Source: Somniosus microcephalus
Taxonomy: Eukaryota
NCBI GenBank assembly: GCA_052327205.1
Contig: CM126225.1
Location: 11,346,001-11,410,000 of the forward strand
Length of the DNA stretch: 64,000 bases
Reading direction: 5' to 3'
Shown piece by piece: positions 51,852 to 64,000 of the stretch. The first letter of the stretch is position 1; the number at the start of each line of letters is the position of its first letter. Made by a program: the position numbers and the translations under genes. The notes under the pieces are model-generated. The model ran no database searches. It was given only the letters and a program-made list of their open reading frames with translations, and was not told the origin of the DNA.

Positions 51852-54800
51852 TGTATAGAGCCTTGGTCACTGGTATAGAGCCTTGGTCACTGGTATAGAG
51901 CCTTGTTCACTGGTATAGAGCCTTGGTCACTGGTATAGAGTCTTGGTCACTGGTATAGAGTCTTGGTCACTGGTATAGAGTCTTGGTCACTGGTATAGAG
52001 CCTTGGTCACTGGTATAGAGCCTTGGTCACTGGTATAGAGTCTTGGTCACTGGTATAGAGCCTTGGTCACTGGAATAGAGCCTTGGTCACTGGTATAGAG
52101 TCTTGGTCACTGGTATAGAGTCTTGGTCACTGGTATAGAGCCTTGGTCACTGGTATAGAGCCTTGGTCACTGGTATAGAGCCTTGGTCACTGGTATAGAG
52201 CCTTGGTCACTGGTATAGAGTCTTGGTCACTGGTATAGAGCCTTGGTCACTGGTATAGAGCCTTGGTCACTGGTATAGAGTCTTGGTCACTGGTATAGAG
52301 TCTTGGTCACTGGTATAGAGCCTTGGTCACTGGTATAGAGTCTTGGTCACTGGTATAGAGTCTTGGTCACTGGTATAGAGTCTTGGTCACTGGAATAGAG
52401 CCTTGGTCACTGGTATAGAGCCTTGGTCACTGGTATAGAGCCTTGGTCACTGGTATAGAGCCTTGGTCACTGGTATAGAGCCTTGGTCACTGGAATAGAG
52501 CCTTGGTCACTGGTATAGAGCCTTGGTCACTGGTATAGAGCCTTGGTCACTGGTATAGAGCCTTGGTCACTGGTATAGAGCCTTGGTCACTGGTATCGAG
52601 CCTTGGTCACTGGTATAGAGCCTTGGTCACTGGTATAGAGTCTTGGTCAGTGGTATAGAGTCTTGGTCACTGGTATAGAGCCTTGGTCACTGGTATAGAG
52701 CCTTGGTCACTGGTATAGAGCCTTGGTCACTGGTATAGAGCCTTGGTCACTGGTATAGAGCCTTGGTCACTGGTATAGAGCCTTGGTCACTGGAATAGAG
52801 CCTTGGTCACTGGTATAGAGTCTTGGTCAGTGGTATAGAGTCTTGGTCATTGGTATAGAGCCTTGGTCACTGGTATAGAGCCTTGGTCACTGGTATAGAG
52901 CCTTGGTCACTGGTATAGAGCCTTGGTCACTGGTATAGAGTCTTGGTCACTGGTATAGAGTCTTGGTCACTGGTATAGAGTCTTGGTCACTGGTATAGAG
53001 TCTTGGTCACTGGTATAGAGTCTTGGTCACTGGTATAGAGTCTTGGTCACTGGTATAGAGTCTTGGTCACTGGTATAGAGCCTTGGTCACTGGTATAGAG
53101 TCTTGGTCACTGGTATAGAGTCTTGGTCACTGGTATAGAGTCTTGGTCAGTGGTATAGAGCCCTGGTCACTGGTATAGAGCCTTGGTCATTGGTATAGAG
53201 TCTTGGTCAGTGGTATATAGTCTTGGTCAGTGGTTTCGAGCCTTGGTCACTGGTATAGAGCCCTGGTCACTAGTATAGAGCCCTGGTCACTGGTATAGAG
53301 CCTTGGTCAGTGCTATAGAGCCTTGGTCACTGGTATAGAGCCTTGGTCACCGGTGTAGAGCCTTGGTCACTGGTATAGAGTCTCGGTCACTGGTATAGAG
53401 TCTTGGTCACTGGTGTAGAGCCTTGGTCACTGGTATAGAGTCTTGGTCACTGGTATAGAGTCTTGGTCACTGGTATAGAGTCTTGGTCAGTGGTATAGAG
53501 TCTTGGTCACTGGTATAGAACCCTGGTCAGTGGTATAGAGCCCTGGTCAGTGGTATAGAGCCTTGGTCACTGGTATAGAGTCTTGGTCACTGGTATAGAG
53601 CCTTGGTCACTGGTATAGAGCCTTGGTCACTGGTATAGAGCCTTGGTCACTGGTATAGAGCCTTGGTCACTGGTATAGAGCCTTGGTCACTGGTATAGAG
53701 CCTTGGTCACTGGTATAGAGCCCTGGTCAGTGGTATAGAGTCTTGGTCATTGGTATAGAGCCTTGGTCACTGGTATAGGGCCTTGGTCACTGGTATAGAG
53801 CCTTGGTCACTGGTATAGAGTCTTGGTCACTGGTATAGAGTCTTGGTCAGTGGTATAGAGTCTTGGTCAGTGGTATAGAGTCCTGGTCAGTGGTATAGAG
53901 CCTTGGTCACTGGTATAGAGCCCTGGTCACTGGTATAGAGTCTTGGTCACTGGTATAGAGCCTTGGTCATTGGTATAGAGTCTTGGTCAGTGGTATAGAG
54001 TCTTGGTCAGTCGTTTCGAGCCCTGGTCACTGGTATAGCGCCCTGGTCAGTGGTATAGAGCCCTGGTCACTGGTATAGAGCCTTGGTCACCGGTGTCGAG
54101 CCTTGGTCACCGGTATAGAGTCTTGGTCAGTGGCATAGAGTCTTGGTCACTGCTATAGAGCCTTGGTCACTGGTATAGCGTCTTGGTCACTGGTGTAGAG
54201 CCTTGGTCACTGGTATAGAGCCTTGGTCACTGGTATAGAGTCTTGGTCACTGGTATAGAGTCTTGGTCAGTGGTATAGAGTCTTGGTCACTGGTATAGAA
54301 CCCTGGTCAGTGGTATAGAGCCTTGGTCACTGGTATAGAGTCTTGGTCACTGGTATAGAGTCTTGGTCAGTGGTATAGAGTCTTGGTCACTGGTATAGAA
54401 CCCTGGTCAGTGGTATAGAGTCTTGGTCACTGGTATAGAGTCTTGGTCACTGGTATAGAGTCTTGGTCAGTGGTATAGAGTCTTGGTCACTGGTATAGAA
54501 CCCTGGTCAGTGGTATAGAGTCTTGGTCACTGGTGTAGAGCCTTGGTCACTGGTATAGAGCCTTGGTCACTGGTATAGAGTCTTGGTCACTGGTATAGAG
54601 TCTTGGTCACTGGTATAGAGTCTTGGTCAGTGGTATAGAGTCTTGGTCAGTGGTATAGAACCCTGGTCAGTGGTATAGAGCCTTGGTCACTGGTATAGAG
54701 TCTTGGTCACTGGTATAGAGTCTTGGTCAGTGGTATAGAGTCTTGGTCACTGGTATAGAACCCTGGTCAGTGGTATAGAGTCTTGGTCACTGGTGTAGAG

Positions 54801-55209
54801 CCTTGGTCACTGGTATAGAGCCTTGGTCACTGGTATAGAGTCTTGGTCAGTGGTATAGAGCCCTGGTCAGTGGTATAGAGTCTTGGTCAGTGGTATAGAG
54901 CCTTGGTCACTGGTATAGAGCCTTGGTCACTGGTATAGAACCCTGGTCAGTGGTATAGAGTCTTGGTCACTGGTATAGAGTCTTGGTCAGTGGTATAGAG
55001 CCTTGGTCAGTGGTATAGAACCCTGGTCAGTGGTATAGAGCCCTGGTCAGTGGTATAGAGTCTTGGTCAGTGGTATAGAGCCTTGGTCACTGGTATAGAG
55101 TCTTGGTCACTGGTATAGAGCCCTGGTCAGTGGTATAGAGCCTTGGTCACTGGTATAGAGCCTTGGTCACTGGTATAGAGCCTTGGTCAGTGGTGTAGAG
55201 CCTTGGTCC
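51852..55209. repeat. 20-bp minisatellite (tggtatagag[c/t]cttggtcac), about 168 units, derived from CR1 RT sequence
   Basis: Uninterrupted 20-bp period; the right flank continues as CR1 RT coding sequence. Confidence 0.97.
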
Positions 55210-55490
55210 ATTCCCATCTGGAGTTCTGCGTTCAGTTCTGGGCACCGCACCTCAGGAAGAATATATTGGCCTTGGAGGAGGTGCAGCGTAGAATCACCAG
55301 AATAATACCGGGGCTTAGAGGGTTAAATTATGAGGACAGGTTATGGCTTGTATTCCTTTGAATATAGAAGATTGGGGGTGATCTGATCGAGGTGTTTTAA
55401 AGGAGAAAACGATTTGATAGGGTAGTTACAGATGAACTATTTCCTCTGATGGGGAATAATCTTCAAATTAGAGTCAGGCCATTCAGAAGC
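55200..55490 (+). mobile_element. Degenerate CR1 LINE RT fragment
   Basis: Reads as HLEFCVQFWAPHLRK..LALEEVQRRITRIIPGL. Confidence 0.85.
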
Positions 55491-56671
55491 GTTTATTGAA
55501 TTCAATTTGACAACTTGCCATGGTGGGAGTCGAACTCATAGCCTCTGGGCTGCTGGTCCAGTATGACAAGCACTCAGCTAGTGCACTCTCTGTCCTTCAT
55601 CCAATGTCAACACACTCGTACATTTCAGCAGCAGTCACTGGATAGTAATGAAGAATGGCTGAATTTCCCCTCCACCGCCCCCCCCCCTCTTACCCTAACC
55701 AAGAGGGGCTGAGGTCAGTCATAACGTCCACTGATCGCTGTCTGAGATGAACCGATGCGTACCAGGGATCAATCATGGGATTGTGCTGATCTGTTCAGCT
55801 CCGTTTCACACTGGCCAACGCACTTACCAAGTGGGAATTCGCTATTTTTTTTTTCAAATCGTATTCCCAGACACATGCTGTTGCCAAACATTTTCCATTC
55901 AGTCCACACTGAGTGTCATTCATCTCGAAGGTGGACGCTGACTGAATTTTGAAACCCTAGCGGCGATTGAATTCACAGCCATTCTGCGCCAGCGCTCCAT
56001 GCTAACGCCACTGACAGCTCCCAAAATACCATCCAGGACCAAAAGTGGGGGGGGGTGGAGGGGGGCCACTGATCTGCACCAAGCTGTTCACTGAGGGAGG
56101 ATCAGAACCAACACCAGCCAAGCAACCTCTTGGTTGGTTTTTAGGCCCAATGGTTGCGGGGGAAATGATTCAAAAAGTAAATCTCTTCAACACGTCTTTT
56201 TTTTTTTTTAGTTTGGCTGAAAAGATGTTTTTTTGTCTCAACAAGATGGCGGGAGTACTTTCTGCAAACTGCACGCTGACAACTATTACCTTCTCCTTAA
56301 ATCTCTCTCCCAGCCATGTCTGGAATGCAGTAACCAGTAAAATTCCAAGCAGTTGTTTGTGCCAAAACCATGGAAAGAACAGACAGATGACCTGGGGGAG
56401 AGCAAGATATGAAGCAGTGCTGCTCTTTGGGTGCCTCGGCACCATTTCCAGGAATACAGACACGCGGGAGTTTTACTAGGTGTAGCGTTCTGGCCACAGA
56501 CACGGTCCAGACATCACAACCACATGTGAATTAAATTTCCCATTTATAAATCTGCGCATTTTGTTATGTCTCCTACTGAAAAAGAAGTGTTTGTAAACTT
56601 CAAAATTATACGCTTAATGCTTGTAAATAAATAATTCAAAACTGTAGATCATTTGTCTCTCCCTTCAATTC

Positions 56672-57260
56672 GTGTGCTCTCCTCAGTCCTGTCCCTCTAT
56701 CCCTGTGCTCTCCCCAGTCCTGTCCCTCTATCCCTGTGCTCTCCTCAGTCCTGTCCCTCTATCCCTGTGCTCTCCTCAGCCCTGTCCCTCTATCCCTGTG
56801 CTCTCCCCAGTCCTGTCCCTCTATCCCTGTGCTCTCCTCAGTCCTGTTCCTCTATCCCTGTGCTCTCCTCAGCCCTGTCCCTCTATCCCTGTGCTCTCCT
56901 CAGTCCTGTTCCTCTATCCCTGTGCTCTCCCCAGTCCTGTTCCTCTATCCCTGTGCTCTCCCCAGTCCTGTCCCTCTATCCCTGTGCTCTCCTCAGCCCT
57001 GTCCCTCTATCCCTGTGCTCTCCTCAGTCCTGTTCCTCTATCCCTGTGCTCTCCTCAGCCCTGTCCCTCTATCCCTGTGCTCTCCCCAGTCCTGTCCCTC
57101 TATCCCTGTGCTCTCCCCAGTCCTGTCCCTCTATCCCTGTGCTCTCCCCAGTCCTGTTCCTCTATCCCTGTGCTCTCCTCAGTCCTGTTCCTCTATCCCT
57201 GTGCTCTCCTCAGCCCTGTCCCTCTATCCCTGTGCTCTCCTCAGCCCTGTCCCTCTATCC
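56672..57260. repeat. 31-bp minisatellite (ccctgtgctctcctcagtcctgtccctctat), continuing at 58729-58810
   Basis: About 19 tandem units seen directly. Confidence 0.95.
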
Positions 57261-58728
57261 TGTAAGATTCGCAAAATTTGTGCATTTCCCCGAAGGTTAT
57301 TATTGATAAAAGGGACCCTGCATGGACATTTCTTTTGAAATTAAAAAGGGTACCCAAGATGGCGTCCGTGCCTCGTGGCAGAAAGCCTGCGGATCTCCAA
57401 AATGGATTTTGCAGCCCAGGCAGTTTGAGGGAAATCGAAACTAAGGCTGCAGGTTTCTTGTGAAAAGAACTTTGTGATTTGGGACCCAGACAAACTGTGA
57501 ATTATGTATTAGGCTGAATTAGAGGCAGATCTGAATTCAATGAGGCCTACAGTTAAAGCCATCAAACAGTCTGCATACATAATCGGAAACAGATTAAACA
57601 CATCCATCGAGGCTGGACAAGCCCATCAAGGACTTTCAGGACAATACGAGTCAATTATCGGGCCGGTAGATGCAATTACCGGCCATCCAAAAACCCATCA
57701 GTATAGAGCGCTACCATTATTTTAACTAGCCTGCCAAAAATAAAACAAAGAACTAACCTGATTTGGCGGGCAGATAAGGGTTTTCGACAAAGGTATAATT
57801 GAAGGCCCCCAGGTAGCATAGGGTGGGGGTAGTCGGAAGAAGAAGACTGCTGCTTGGCTGCTGTCGGTATCGCCACTCCCCGGTCCTTCGGCCCCTCGCC
57901 CTCGTGGCTGCCACTTTTTCCCCCGTCCCGCGCTTACCCCCTGGCCTTTGCCCGTGCCCTCTCCAACTCCATCTGGACTCGCCCCGACACCAGGTCGGGC
58001 GAACACGGGCAATTCAGGCCAGGCGAAGCGGGACGCGACGAGGGGAGGAGGAAGATCACCCGGGGAAGGCCAACTGAGGGTAGGCTTCGAATTATCGGGC
58101 CTTCAGCCTCAGCCGGCCTGCGAGTATCTTCATACAAACTCAAGCTGTTGGCGAAGAATCATCCCTGCAAGGTAAAGTATCCAAGCAGAGACTGTAACTT
58201 TGGGGTACTTGTACCTGGACAACGCCCTTGCAGCACCCGGAGCCCACGTGACGACGGCAGGCTCCAGAGAGCACCAAGAGCGAACCCCGAACCCAACCGC
58301 TGTTTTGAGTCTAACAAACCCCTTTCATTGGGGAACATGAATTCTGACCCCTCATAGATTAACCTAGTTAGGCATAGGGGGTGGGTTAAGGATAAGGGGA
58401 TTGTTAAGATAGTTGTTTTCCCTCGATGTGCCGCGTGTTCCCCATTCCCTGTATAAGTATATAATATTATTATGACTCTCTTGTAATTCTTGCCTGTAGC
58501 AGTGTACACTAATAATTTTCCATAAGTTTGTATCAAGTTTTTCCTCTTCAATAAAATCTTGGTTTTGTTTGTATCCAACCACCTGTCTACTCGAGTCTTC
58601 TCTGTATTGCTGCCTGTATCTAAGTCCGGTGTCCAGAACCCAGGGGACGAGCGATTCGAACCGCTCAAGGAAGGTAGTCAGAGGCGAAGCTGACTGACCC
58701 GAACACGCCTGTGCAAAAACCCCCTACA
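57261..58728 (+). mobile_element. Long solo LTR (1468 bp; ERV- or Gypsy-type) inserted in a minisatellite
   Basis: Starts TGTAAG and ends CTACA; 4-bp TSD ATCC; AATAAA at about 58550; the 31-bp minisatellite resumes in register after it. Confidence 0.8.
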
Positions 58729-59029
58729 ATCCCTGTGCTCTCCTCAGTCCTGTCCCTCTATCCTTGTGCTCGCCCCAGTCCTGTCTCTCTATCCCTGTGC
58801 TCGCCCCAATTCCCTCACCAGTCCTTTGCCTCTGAACCCCCTTCACTCCCTGGTCCTCCCCCGGTGGCTTTGCAGACAAATGCTTTGCTCAGTGTGATAC
58901 GGACTCGTACAGATCAGGTTCGATCGCTGGTCTGTGCTAACTTGCTTGATCTCAACTGTAGACCGGGGAAAATGCTGCACTTGGGGGTGGGCAGGGGTGA
59001 AGACAAAAATAAAACCAACCAGAATTCCT

Positions 59030-59150
59030 TCTCTAACTTTTTCCACTTCTGACGAAGGGTCATCGACCTGAAATGTTAACTCGGTTTCTCTCTCCACAGA
59101 TGCTGCCTGACCGGCTGAGTATTTCCAGAATTTTCTCTTTTTATTTCAGA
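59030..59150 (+). mobile_element. Penelope terminal-repeat remnant with a hammerhead-like core
   Basis: CTGACGA-agggtc-atc-gacct-GAAA at 59049-59073; reverse-complement similarity to 42015-42115. Confidence 0.65.
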
Positions 59151-59357
59151 TTTCTTGCTCTTGATTTGCTATCCTGGTTCTTGCTGGGAGGTGTGCCCAT
59201 GTGTGGAAGTCAGGTGAGGACTGGCTTAGGCCTGGGTATAAAGTCCTGCAGGATAACATTCACTCTCTAGACTAAAGTGAGAAGAATGAGCGCTTGGGTG
59301 TGTCTGGCTGGAACCCCTGGCTCTGTGCCCCAAGCAAGGAGGCAGAGAAAGGTAGAA

Positions 59358-60190
59358 GGGGAAAAATTCGGTTGGTTAGCCCCTCCCGTTCCTGCCTTGG
59401 GGGGGGGGGGCTAGGAACTTAGTACCGCTCATGCGGCGATTTTACTGGCGCTCGCGAAATTGACCAGTTGTTTTGCGGCGGTGCTAAACACTACCGCCAC
59501 GATCTCCTGCGCCCGCAGATCCTGACATCAGTCGAGTGTGCAACGTCCCAGTAGCGCCCTGGACCGGATACTGAGTCGCGCCCCCTGCCTTAGTGCCTGC
59601 TCCTAGGACCAACAGGTAGAGGGGAACATTTTCAAGTTGGGAAGGGGCTGGGGGAGCGCTATTTAAAGGCGGGCGCTTCCTGCCTTTTCTTGTTGGCAAA
59701 ATTTTTGGTACACGCAGGTTGAGAGGGAGCGAGACGTCTGGAGAGATTTAACGCTGTCCTAAGGAGGTTTGGCCCTCAGCATCACTTTTGAGGTTTCTAA
59801 GCGCCGAGCTCTTTCCCTGGGCCTATCCATTAGTGGTTCCAACACAATTGCTTTCGAGGTCTCTCCAGGCCGAGATTCAAGGCTGCAATGAGCAGGGTGT
59901 GGCTGGCCAGCAAAATGGCCCCTCCCCTTTCAGAACTGGACGGCGCCAGTCTGTCTGGCTTCCATGGTAACGGACATCGCCTGAGCTTCGGTAGCATTCT
60001 GAGGTAGCGCCTCGCTCCCTGACGTTAGCACCTTAAGAGAGGTGTGTAGTGCCTGATTTAGTGCTCAAGTCACCTCCAGGGACGATAGAGGCGAATTTTG
60101 CAGTCGGAGGCGATAATTAGCATCGGGTGCTAAACTTTGCGCCTGTCCGATACTAGCGCCCTAAAATGGGTGACACCCAATTTTTCCCCC
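59358..60190. mobile_element. PIF/Harbinger-like MITE, inverted relative of 34665-35339
   Basis: GGGGAAAAATT...AATTTTTCCCCC ends; internal reverse-complement similarity. Confidence 0.75.
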
Positions 60191-60206
60191 TTAATGTGTG
60201 GCCTCA

Positions 60207-60506
<300 letters not shown>

Positions 60507-60729
60507 TTATCTCACTGTCAAGTGCTTACATGCCACAAGAAAAGCGGTTCTTTTCTTTTTTTGAGGGGGCCCAAGTAAATGATAAAACTGTTTCCGGACT
60601 ACCTTAGGTTTGTTCCCGTTACTGCGCTTATAGGAGCAAGTGTGGAATGTTTACATGGTGGATCTCCCACTGCACTGATTGCAGGCAGTGGACGTGGGGA
60701 GCAAGCGAGCTGGGGAGACATGACGGGTA

Positions 60730-61265
60730 GTCATAGAAACATAGAAGATAGGAGCAGGGGTAGGCCATTCGGCCCCTCGAGCCTGCTCCGCCATTCAATG
60801 AGATCATGGCTGATCATCCAAATTCAGTACCCTGTCCCTGCTTTCTCCCCATATCCCTTGAGCCCTTTAGCCTCAAGAAATATATCTAACTCCTTCTTGA
60901 ATATATTTAATGAATTGGCCTCTACAGCCTTCTGTGGCAGAGAATTCCACAGGTTCACCACTCTCTGGGTGAAGAAATTCCTCCTCATCTCAGTCCTAAA
61001 TGGCTTACCCCTTATCCTTAGACTGTGACCCCTGGTTCTGGACTCCCCCGCCATCGGGAACATTATTCCTGCATCTAGTCTGTCTGGTCCTGTTAGAATT
61101 TTATAAGTTTCAATGAGATCCCCTCTCATTCTTCTAAACTCTAGCGAATATAAGCCCAATCGACCCAATCTCTCCTCATACGTCATTCCTGCCATCCCAG
61201 GTATCAGTCTGGTGAATCTTCGCTGCACTCCCTCCATGGCAAGCACATCCTTCCTCAGATAAGGA
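60730..61265 (-). mobile_element. CR1 LINE 3' fragment
   Basis: ORF 60824..61348: YLRKDVLAMEGVQRRFTRLIPG... Confidence 0.92.
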
Positions 61266-61654
61266 TAGTCGCAGGGGATGCAGCTAGACAAGGAGGTGAG
61301 AGGGACATCAGGGTCAATGGGGCAAGTGGGATCGGGCAACAGAGTCACGTGGAACTGGTGGATGAGCCTGTTGTTAGCTCTCTTTCATGTGTTTCCCAGG
61401 TGGCTGTAGGGGTGGAAGGTTGTATTGGCAGGGAATACTCTCCCCATTTGCGCTCATTGCTTTTGCAGTTTGACTAGCCATTGCTTACCACACGACTAAT
61501 AAAACCACATCGTTTCCATGAACCCCACTAAGTCATACACTGATTTGGCCAAATATCAATGTTCTTTCATCATCACTGGTCACTATTCTGGAATACCCTA
61601 TTTAACTCAATTGTGGGAGCACTATCACTATAAGCACTGCAGGGGTTCAAGGGA

Positions 61655-62470
61655 AAATGGAATTCAGTCCAGAGAAGTGTGAGGTAATGCATTTGGGGAG
61701 GGTTAACAAGGCAAGGGACTACATAATAAATGATAGAATACTGAGAAGTGTAGAGAAACAAAGGGACCTTGGAGTGCATGTCCACAGATCCCTGAAGGTA
61801 GCAGGACAGGTAGATAAGGTGGTTGCGAAGGTATACGGAATGCTTGCCTTTATTGCCCGAGGCGTAGAATATAAGAGCAGGGGGGTTATGCTTGAACTGT
61901 ATAAAACACCTGTTAGGCCACAGCTAGAGCACTGTGTACAGTTCTGGTCACCACATTACAGGAAAGATGTGATTACACTAGAGAGGGTGCAGAGGAGATT
62001 TACGAGGATGTTGCCAGGACTGGAGAATTTTAGCTATGAGGAAAGATTGGATAGGCCGGGGTTGTTTTCTTTGGAACAGAGGAGGCTGAGGGGAGACTTG
62101 ATTGAAGTGTATAAAATTATGAGGGGCCTCGATAGAGTGGATAGGAAGGTCCTATTTCCCTTAGCAGAGAGATCAATAACCAGGGGGTATAGTTTTAAAG
62201 TAATTGGTAGAAGGATTAGAGGTTAGTTGAGGAGAATTTTTTTCACCCAGAGGGTGGTGGGGGTCTGGAACTCACTGCCTGAAAGGGTGGTAGAGGCAGA
62301 GACCCTCATCACATTTAAAAAGTACTCGGATATGCACTTGAAGTGCTGTAACCCACAGGGCTACGGACCAAGAGCAGGACAATGGGATTAGGCTGGAGAG
62401 TTCTTTTTCAGCCGGCACAGACATGATGGGCCGAATGGCCTCCTTCTGCGCTGTAAACTTCTATGATTCT
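61655..62470 (+). mobile_element. CR1 LINE 3' fragment
   Basis: ORF 61657..62226 RT C-terminus, 3' UTR and tail. Confidence 0.93.
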
Positions 62471-62915
62471 AACCCATCATAAAGGTTAACAGGGACACTA
62501 CAATGCAACGTTCATTCACTCATTCATTCATACAGAGAAAAAAACGATCTCATAGAAGAACAAATCACTCCCACGTGGGTACAAGCATGACTTAGCCGCA
62601 ATAAAAAAATTGATAAGATCCTATGAAGTATGGAAAGGCCATTGAACTCATCAACCCTGCTCCTTCTACAGACCAAATATAATGGGCTCTGCCTGCACAT
62701 TTCATCTCCTGAGGGGAACTTCTGTGTAAATACTTCCTAATCCTCGAAGGGTGTGAAACAAAACTACAGATATTCAACTGTTCCTGCACCTTTACTGTTC
62801 AACATTGCCCTGCTGTCTTCGACGGACAACACAAGTGACAATTTGTGGGTAGTTCTATGCTGTGGACTCATGCTCGCTAGGAATAGGGTTAAAAATGCCA
62901 AAAAAAAGTAAAAAT

Positions 62916-63380
62916 GACTTGCATTTATATAGCGCCTTTTATGACCTCAGGATGTTCCAAAGCGCTTTCCAACCAATTGAATCCTTTTTGAAGCGTAGAC
63001 TACAAGTGCAGTCACTTTTGTAATGTAGGAAACGTGGCAGCCAATCTGCGTACAGCAAGGCCCCACAAACAGCAATGAATGAATGTTCAGATAATGGGTT
63101 TTAGGTGTTTGTTGAGGGATAACTATTGGCCAGGACACCAGGCAGATCTCCCTTGGTCTTCTTGGAATGATCTTTAATGCCCACCGGAGATTGCAGACAG
63201 GGCCTCGGTTTAACGTCTCATCCAAATGGCAGCACCTCCAGACAGTGCAGCACTCCCTCAGCACTGCACTGGGGGCATCAGCCTAGATTGCATGCTCAAT
63301 TCTCTGGAGTGGGACTTGATACCCACGACCATACCTGACTCTGAAGCGAGAGTGCTGCCAACTGAGCCATGGCTGACACC
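62916..63380 (-). mobile_element. DeuSINE-type SINE
   Basis: Reverse complement of the 11251-11705 family. Confidence 0.8.
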
Positions 63381-64000
63381 TTAAAACTTCACTTAACAGT
63401 TTACAACTACAAAGACAGAGAGGGAGAAGACTTTTAGCCTATCAACATCCACTTCATTCAAAAGGCTGCACCTCCACCACCGTGTCCCCAACACCTGTCA
63501 AATTCACATTCTTTTGAGGGTGTAGTTACTTAAAGATGAAACCGTCTCCTATTTGTTCTCTGTCTAATATTTAGGCGTATAGTTTTCCAGTTCATATTCT
63601 AAGCCCCTGTAAGTGTTACGCTCTTAATCGATATGTTAACATTTCATTAGTGTAAATGGCCGATCTAAGCCTCTGACCCTCACAGATTTGCGAGCTCGAT
63701 GCAGCCCTGAGAAATCCTATTATCGTAAATACAAAACCAGTGTTTCTGAGAATAAATGAGCCTTCGTGCTTCAGTACATTCTCTAGATGTCATACCCAAT
63801 ACATATGGACAATTGGTTCCACCATTGGGGGGGCGGGGGTGGGGGGGGGGGGGAGGGAGGACATTCTTGTGGTGGGAGTGCGCTCCCCTTGATCCAGTTG
63901 CAACTATTGAATCAGGAGGCCATTGTCCTACATCTGGTAGCAATGATTAACACTGCACACCACAAGAAGTACCAGTACCAGCGCAGACCGTACCACAGCA

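Noticed and set aside
51852-55209. Regular short-repeat array resembling CRISPR
   Set aside because: Head-to-tail units with no unique spacers, no cas genes and a eukaryotic context
56653-57338. ORFs of about 200 aa in all three forward frames
   Set aside because: Stop-free 31-bp minisatellite

Overview
Vertebrate genomic DNA, most likely a shark or other cartilaginous fish (inferred from the CR1, L2, DeuSINE and Penelope repeat types). The window covers five internal minus-strand exons of a plexin-domain-containing gene (PLXDC1-like) separated by long repeat-rich introns. The main finding is two independent, young, full-length LTR elements (13895-19430 and 45821-50482). Each has near-identical or identical LTRs, a 5-bp TSD, a tRNA-Ser-type PBS and a PPT. 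Their single long ORF encodes Gypsy (Mag-like) Gag, two zinc knuckles and a protease, but has no RT, RNase H or integrase core. In their place is an in-frame, intronless mosaic of apparent host mRNA fragments: an STK10/SLK coiled coil, the optineurin LIR/coiled-coil region and a DNAJC21 C2H2 finger. Also present are a 3.35-kb 20-bp minisatellite that arose inside a CR1 RT fragment, several solo LTRs, TA-flanked and 3-bp-TSD MITE families, a Penelope GIY-YIG fragment, a hammerhead-like motif and two assembly gaps. Homology calls come from recalled protein sequences, not database searches, and repeat boundaries without TSDs are approximate.
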